Shown here in pieces: positions 4,954-5,876 of a stretch of 5,876 nt of DNA. Made by a program: the position numbers and the translations under genes. The stretch comes from a virus (Duplodnaviria > Heunggongvirae > Uroviricota > Caudoviricetes). Every line of letters starts with the position of its first letter. Within the stretch, counting starts at the first letter, position 1. The notes beneath the pieces were generated by a model. It saw nothing but the letters and a program-made list of their open reading frames with translations. It searched no databases and was not told the DNA's origin. The stretch lies in IMG/VR virus record IMGVR_UViG_3300028481_000068; one strand, written 5' to 3'.

Positions 4954-5298
4954 ATGAGAAAACAGATACAGGCTCTTGGTCGACTCAAAACAGGCCAGAT
5001 GAACAAAACAGAATCTGCGTATTGCCAGCACCTTGAGCTGCGTAAACGTGCAGGAGAAATCGCCTGGTATCGATTCGAGGGTATCAAGCTGCGGTTAGCT
5101 GACAACACGTTCTATACGCCCGATTTTGCTGTGATGCTCGCCACCGGCGAGATGGAACTGCACGAAGTGAAAGGTTTCTGGACCGACGACGCCAGGGTGA
5201 AAACCAAAGTCGCTGCAGATCAGTATCCGTTCAGAATCATCGGGGTAACTGTTAAGCCAAAGAAAGCAGGTGGTGGCTGGAACATCGAAGAGTTCTGA
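4954..5298 (+). CDS. Small PD-(D/E)XK-fold nuclease-like phage protein, 114 aa (possibly DUF1064-type)
   Basis: ORF-track protein with FYTPDFAV ... MELHEVKG, which fits a PD ... E-x-K motif. First gene downstream of the operator-flanked promoter. DUF1064 naming is from memory and unverified. Confidence 0.6.
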   Translation: MRKQIQALGRLKTGQMNKTESAYCQHLELRKRAGEIAWYRFEGIKLRLADNTFYTPDFAVMLATGEMELHEVKGFWTDDARVKTKVAADQYPFRIIGVTVKPKKAGGGWNIEEF

Positions 5299-5338
5299 AT
5301 CGACGATCTTTTTAGTTATCAATGTAATCAATAAGTTA

Positions 5339-5347
5339 TGTGGATAA
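5339..5347 (-). promoter_or_regulatory. Perfect DnaA-box consensus TTATCCACA (minus strand)
   Basis: Plus strand reads tgtggataa at 5339-5347, 13 bp upstream of ATG 5360 and abutting its SD. A single 9-mer may be chance. Confidence 0.25.
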
Positions 5348-5359
5348 GCGAGGGTAAAG

Positions 5360-5854
5360 ATGGAAAGTAATATCAAAGGGTTAGTTTCCGCCGGGCATGA
5401 GATGGCTTCGGAACTGAAAGCAGAATGTGGTGCCGTTGATATGCGCAGTGTGGCAAAGCTGATCAGCGATTTGGCAACGCAACTGGAAGTGCAACTGGTG
5501 CGTGCTAATGCGCTGGCCGAAGACCAACAGAAAGCGATTGAGTCAATTAAGCAGGCTGATGCGGCTGTTAAGTTGGCACACGAGAAGTTTTCAGCGCTGG
5601 CGGCGGAGAATGCAAAGCTGAAGAAGTTCTGCAAAGACGCTGCATTCGATGCCGATTACGAAGCAGAGCTAGGTATGGAGAGAGGTGGATTCAGTGATGC
5701 ACTTAACGAAATCAAAACCCCGGCCACCGACGCATTCCTGGCTGAAGTGCGGGCGCAGGGGGTAGAGATGTTTGCTGACCATCTGTTGTGCCCAGACCTT
5801 GATGACACTATCCGTGACTTTGCTGCCCAGCTTCGCAAAGGAGGCAACCAGTGA
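5360..5854 (+). CDS. Hypothetical coiled-coil phage protein, 164 aa
   Basis: ORF-track protein. SD GAGGG lies 5 nt upstream of the ATG. Ala/Glu/Lys-rich central region (ALAEDQQKAIESIKQADAAVKLAHEKFSALAAENAKLKK) suggests a coiled coil. No family recognised. Confidence 0.5.
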   Translation: MESNIKGLVSAGHEMASELKAECGAVDMRSVAKLISDLATQLEVQLVRANALAEDQQKAIESIKQADAAVKLAHEKFSALAAENAKLKKFCKDAAFDADYEAELGMERGGFSDALNEIKTPATDAFLAEVRAQGVEMFADHLLCPDLDDTIRDFAAQLRKGGNQ

Positions 5855-5876
5855 GTGAGTCAAAATGCCAAATTAA

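Larger units (their letters stand above)
1..5876. mobile_element. Lambdoid prophage early region (recombination, immunity and replication modules); the whole window lies inside the element
   Basis: Gene content and order: exonuclease plus annealase operon, divergent repressor and Cro-like pair with shared operators, O-like gene with internal iterons, P-like helicase loader. No integrase or att site is in the window, so the boundaries are unknown. Confidence 0.75.

Noticed and set aside
5095-5847. Minus-strand ORFs 5095..5634 (179 aa, Ser/Ala-rich), 5656..5847 and 5669..5863
   Set aside because: Antisense to two plus-strand genes that have SDs. The low-complexity composition mirrors the coiled-coil codons on the other strand.
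5851-5876. Possible start of a further plus-strand gene (GTG 5851 overlapping the TGA stop; or ATG 5865, which gives only MPN-stop)
   Set aside because: Too little sequence remains in the window to judge. ATG 5865 terminates after 3 codons.
1-5876. Search for LexA boxes (CTGT-N8-ACAG) and lambda-type nut boxA/boxB elements
   Set aside because: No match found by eye on either strand. The nearest boxA-like string (GGCTCTTGG near 4972) lies inside a coding region.

Overview
The window reads as the early-control core of a lambdoid enterobacterial prophage, with no tRNA, rRNA, CRISPR or IS element seen. Left to right: a leftward recombination operon (two small ORFs, a PD-(D/E)XK exonuclease, then a RecT/Redbeta-like annealase running off the window start, joined by overlapping stop/start codons); a leftward repressor with two HTH domains and no recognisable autocleavage domain; a divergent Cro-like gene; a small Cys/His protein; lambda O-like and P-like replication genes with an iteron array inside the O-like gene; then a separate rightward unit encoding a small PD-(D/E)XK-fold protein and a coiled-coil protein. 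The most notable signal is a 15-bp dyad, TTACC-N5-GGTAA, present as five perfect and three near-perfect copies, all in intergenic control regions. Two of these regions share an identical operator/promoter/operator layout: the leftward early promoter and a third promoter downstream of the replication genes. All protein-family calls are from reading the translations and from memory; no database search was run. Promoter and terminator calls are by eye.
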